From a virus: a stretch of 64,000 bases of DNA. A program made the position numbers and the translations under genes. The stretch is taken from positions 7,012-71,011 of IMG/VR virus record IMGVR_UViG_3300022745_000025; one strand, 5' to 3'. Shown in pieces: positions 61,446 through 64,000 of this stretch; within the stretch, counting starts at the first letter, position 1, and every line of letters starts with the position of its first letter. Below the pieces are notes generated by a model. That model was not told the origin of the DNA. It did not search any database and was given only the letters and a program-made list of their open reading frames with translations.

Positions 61446-61600
61446 TTCTTGCTCCTGAAAGAGATCCAGCACTTGGCGCAATACCATTTGGCTGGGGACA
61501 TCTGGATGCCGCCCTCAGGCAGGCGGAGTTGGAGGCATTTGCTGCGCTCCCGTTCTGCGCCCTCGTTCTTGAGGGATCCGGGTAGGTCGACGGTCCTCAT
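61442..61600 (-). CDS. Small hypothetical protein
   Basis: PEGGIQMSPAKWYCAKCW; coupled ATG. Confidence 0.5.
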   Translation of the reverse strand: MRTVDLPGSLKNEGAERERSKCLQLRLPEGGIQMSPAKWYCAKCWISFRSKK

Positions 61601-62514
61601 AGGTAGCAATTCCCCGCGGTGATTTCGTGGAACTCGCCCTCCCAGAAGATATGAACGTCGCGTCCGTCGATGACGATGGCGGGAACCTCGATGCCAAGTT
61701 CCTGCTCCTCGAGCAGCGAGAACTTGGCGCCCTCGCAACTCGTCCGCATGACGGAGATTGCCCGGGCCTTCTGGTCTAGACTCAGGGTGGTGTTATGGAT
61801 GTCGCTCAGATTGCGTTGGGCGCGCTTTTGGTACTCGACCCACTCTTCGTTGTCGTCCATGACGACGACGGGGAGGGTGAAGAAGTCACGCTCGTCGATC
61901 TCGTCGCAGACAAAGGCGGCACCGTAGCCGCCGTCGCTGTACCAATTGAACCCAGCGGCGTGGATGGAATCGACGCGGGCGGCGTCACGCCAATACTCGT
62001 GAGTGATCTTCAGTGCGTAGGGCTTGGTGAAGCCCCACCGGGCGTCACACCCACCGTGCACCATCACAATCAGGTGAGTGGGCTCGTAGTCATCGTCGGT
62101 GTACACCTCCCAGAACTGGATGTCCTGACTGAGATCCCAGTCGGAAGGTGAGTTGTAGGTGTAGGTCACCCTCGGCTCACACTCGGTGGAGAACTCGGTG
62201 GCGACCTTCTCGGCGGTGTCGAACCAAGTGCCATCTTCGTCGGCGTCGATGGCAGCCTGCATCTCGGCGTCGGGTTCGAAATTCAGTTTGAGCCAGTGGT
62301 ACAGGCTGATGCTGGCGGTGTAGCCCTGAAGGCGGCCCTTGTAGACCTGCCAGTCCACCGTTGTGCTGGGCTCCGACTCGAAGTCCTTGCCTTGGTTGCG
62401 CTGCCAGGCTCGGCCGTAAATGCCGCCAGAGTCAACGATGCAGCTGCCGGTGTTCTCGGTCAGCATTTGAGCGGCCAATTCGGCCATCGATGTTTGGGTC
62501 ACGGTCGTGTCCAT
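61597..62514 (-). CDS. Hypothetical protein (305 aa)
   Basis: LTENTG...DSGG.YGR.WQRNQ; preceded by the conserved leader. Confidence 0.65.
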   Translation of the reverse strand: MDTTVTQTSMAELAAQMLTENTGSCIVDSGGIYGRAWQRNQGKDFESEPSTTVDWQVYKGRLQGYTASISLYHWLKLNFEPDAEMQAAIDADEDGTWFDTAEKVATEFSTECEPRVTYTYNSPSDWDLSQDIQFWEVYTDDDYEPTHLIVMVHGGCDARWGFTKPYALKITHEYWRDAARVDSIHAAGFNWYSDGGYGAAFVCDEIDERDFFTLPVVVMDDNEEWVEYQKRAQRNLSDIHNTTLSLDQKARAISVMRTSCEGAKFSLLEEQELGIEVPAIVIDGRDVHIFWEGEFHEITAGNCYL

Positions 62515-62518
62515 GGTT

Positions 62519-62552
62519 GGTTCACTTCTAAAAATGCCTCAATACGAGGCGA
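62519..62552. repeat. 34-bp direct repeat copy A
   Basis: GGTTCACTTCTAAAAATGCCTCAATACGAGGCGA, identical to 63214-63247. Confidence 0.95.
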
Positions 62553-62917
62553 AAAGGGTGGTGACTACTCGCTGCGTCAGGTGGGCCTAGTCAGTACCGG
62601 CTGTGAACCGGGTGAAAAGGGGAGTCGTGTTCCACCTGCATCCGCTTTCGATCACCAAGGAAGCCGGCCGGTCTGGACTCCCGGCACCTCCGCGCTATTT
62701 GCTCGGCGGGCTACTTCTAAACCCCACGGCTTTCTTGGTGACCCCCGGCCTTTCACCGGGGTGGTTGTCAGGGCTTACACCTGCATCGGCCGGGTCGGTC
62801 CCAACCTAGATCCGTAGCGTGGATCGGACGGCCTGATCACAAGGGAGAAAGGGGAACCCTTGCTCAGGCTGCCGGTGTTATTGTCCCCACCGCCGGCTGG
62901 GGTCTCAGCGTGGTCAA
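62553..62917 (-). ncRNA. Candidate large structured ncRNA
   Basis: ORF-poor intergenic region with about 10 helices and several crossing pairings found by eye. Confidence 0.6.
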
Positions 62918-63208
62918 TCAGTTCGCATGGAGTCGGAGAGTGGTGACGGGCTCACCGACTTTGGTGTAGGTGTCGACGATTTCGGGCGGAGCTTTGAGCT
63001 CAGCGGCAACCGACCTCCAGTCGACAGTGATTCGGGGTTTGGATGTGGAGATCACGGCCTTGACGAAGGTGCCCTTGATGGTGGGCTCACCGGCCGCCAC
63101 TAGCTGTGCTTTGAGTGTGGACATCTCGGCTTCCACCTCACTGATGTGGGCGTGGAGCTCAGCGTACCGGTCAACAATATCCGTCATGGAAACAATGCTC
63201 ATAGTCAT
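62918..63208 (-). CDS. Hypothetical protein (96 aa)
   Basis: Preceded by the 34-bp repeat leader; MTMSIVSMTDIVDRY. Confidence 0.6.
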   Translation of the reverse strand: MTMSIVSMTDIVDRYAELHAHISEVEAEMSTLKAQLVAAGEPTIKGTFVKAVISTSKPRITVDWRSVAAELKAPPEIVDTYTKVGEPVTTLRLHAN

Positions 63209-63213
63209 GGTGT

Positions 63214-63247
63214 GGTTCACTTCTAAAAATGCCTCAATACGAGGCGA
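63214..63247. repeat. 34-bp direct repeat copy B
   Basis: Identical to 62519-62552. Confidence 0.95.
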
Positions 63248-63254
63248 GGGATGG

Positions 63255-63283
63255 ACTGTATTGCAACCTGGGTCGAGGTGCAA
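63255..63283 (-). promoter_or_regulatory. Sigma70-like early promoter with overlapping inverted repeat
   Basis: Minus strand TTGCAC-17bp-TACAGT; TTGCACC...GGTTGCAA imperfect dyad. Confidence 0.6.
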
Positions 63284-63997
63284 TCAGGTGGGAATATGCT
63301 TGTGGAAGAAGATGCGTTCGACCTTCTTCTTGGACGCCCCGTGGGCACGAAATCCGATAACTGCTTTGCGGTCCTTGCTCTGGCACAGGCCGCAGTCCTT
63401 GCATTGCACGGACTCGGAGATGGTGGCTGGGCAGATGGCGACGTGCCGACCATTGGGCGTCTTGAGTGCCTTGACCTGGTCGATAGGCAGGGCGGTGACG
63501 ACGGGGCCGATGCCGAGATCCATGTAGGCGTCAACTTCGGCGAGGGTCTCACTCGAGAGGTTGATCGTGAGACCGGTACCGCGATTGACCTCCCGAATGA
63601 TGTCGTGGTTGCGAAACTCGAACGGATCGAAGTGGCTGAAGGTGAACCCATCGGTGTGCGATGAGGCTTCAGCCAACATCCTGAGCGAGCGCACATCGAT
63701 CAGGCCGTCATCCGCCTTGGGCAAGTCGCCCGCTTGGGCGTGCCGCCATAGAGTGGCCCTGCGCAGGCTGGAGATGTGGTCGCAGGTCTGCTCAATAGTT
63801 AAGCCTGCCGACGGGTCGTCAAGTTTGCGCCATTGGAGGGCCATTGGCCCGCCGGCTGCAGCGTAGCAGCCGCCACCCTTGTATGAGCACTCGTCGGGGC
63901 AGCTGTAGCGGCTGATGGTTGTTGCTGGGATAGGGCCCAGCTTCCTGTTTGATGACACCTTAATGAAGGCGTAGCGATGCCTGGAAATAGATTCCAT
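63284..63997 (-). CDS. Cys-cluster protein (GP88/DUF7227-like, putative Fe-S)
   Basis: SSNRKLGP...SCPDECSYKGGGCYA, WRHAQAGDLP, CPA...CKDCGLC. Confidence 0.5.
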   Translation of the reverse strand: MESISRHRYAFIKVSSNRKLGPIPATTISRYSCPDECSYKGGGCYAAAGGPMALQWRKLDDPSAGLTIEQTCDHISSLRRATLWRHAQAGDLPKADDGLIDVRSLRMLAEASSHTDGFTFSHFDPFEFRNHDIIREVNRGTGLTINLSSETLAEVDAYMDLGIGPVVTALPIDQVKALKTPNGRHVAICPATISESVQCKDCGLCQSKDRKAVIGFRAHGASKKKVERIFFHKHIPT

Positions 63998-64000
63998 CTT

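Noticed and set aside
62555-62640. Group I intron
   Set aside because: A P3/P7-like pseudoknot with GACUA/UAGUC is present, but there is no P4-P6 domain, no bulged G-binding geometry and no interrupted ORF.
62760-62910. Known small ribozyme (HDV-like, twister, twister-sister, pistol)
   Set aside because: Local resemblances exist (GCCGGCUGGG on plus; CAGG-UGUAAGC-CCUG loop; AAUAA linker), but the required flanking helices and spacings do not fit any consensus as I recall them.
1-64000. CRISPR array, diversity-generating retroelement, retron, or phage RNA polymerase
   Set aside because: No regularly spaced repeat-spacer array, no reverse transcriptase motifs, no TR/VR pair and no RNAP motifs were seen.

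Overview
The window is most of a ~60% GC temperate tailed-phage (siphovirus-like) genome. The host is probably a betaproteobacterium, inferred from the tRNA-Leu target and the gene content. It is in the non-integrated configuration: attP is intact in the middle of the sequence. Two gene blocks converge on attP. The plus strand (61-30586) carries HNH, GpA-like terminase, portal, S49 protease with nested scaffold, capsid, tail genes with a -1 frameshift chaperone, a 2661-aa tape measure, an atypical tail-tip module, a papain-like protease and lysis genes. The minus strand (30791-63997) carries integrase/xis, an SbcCD-like nuclease, ThyX, a RecU-like resolvase, full-length PolA, a TraR/DksA homologue, dNMP kinase, a MazG-like enzyme, a DEDDh exonuclease, ligase, an AEP primase-helicase, an intein-containing SF2 helicase and many small early genes. 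The most notable non-coding signals are: (1) a ~365-nt intergenic region (62553-62917) that folds by eye into a multi-hairpin, multi-pseudoknot RNA, flanked by exact 34-bp direct repeats and downstream of a sigma70-like promoter; (2) six copies of a late-promoter-like motif, GGGGGA-TTG(AC/CT)T-N17-CAGTCT-GG, each with an exact 17-bp spacer; (3) a recurrent early-gene leader, TTTTAG(A/G)AGTGAACC, whose core also appears in a loop of the putative RNA. No database searches or folding programs were run. Family assignments rest on recognised motifs and gene order.
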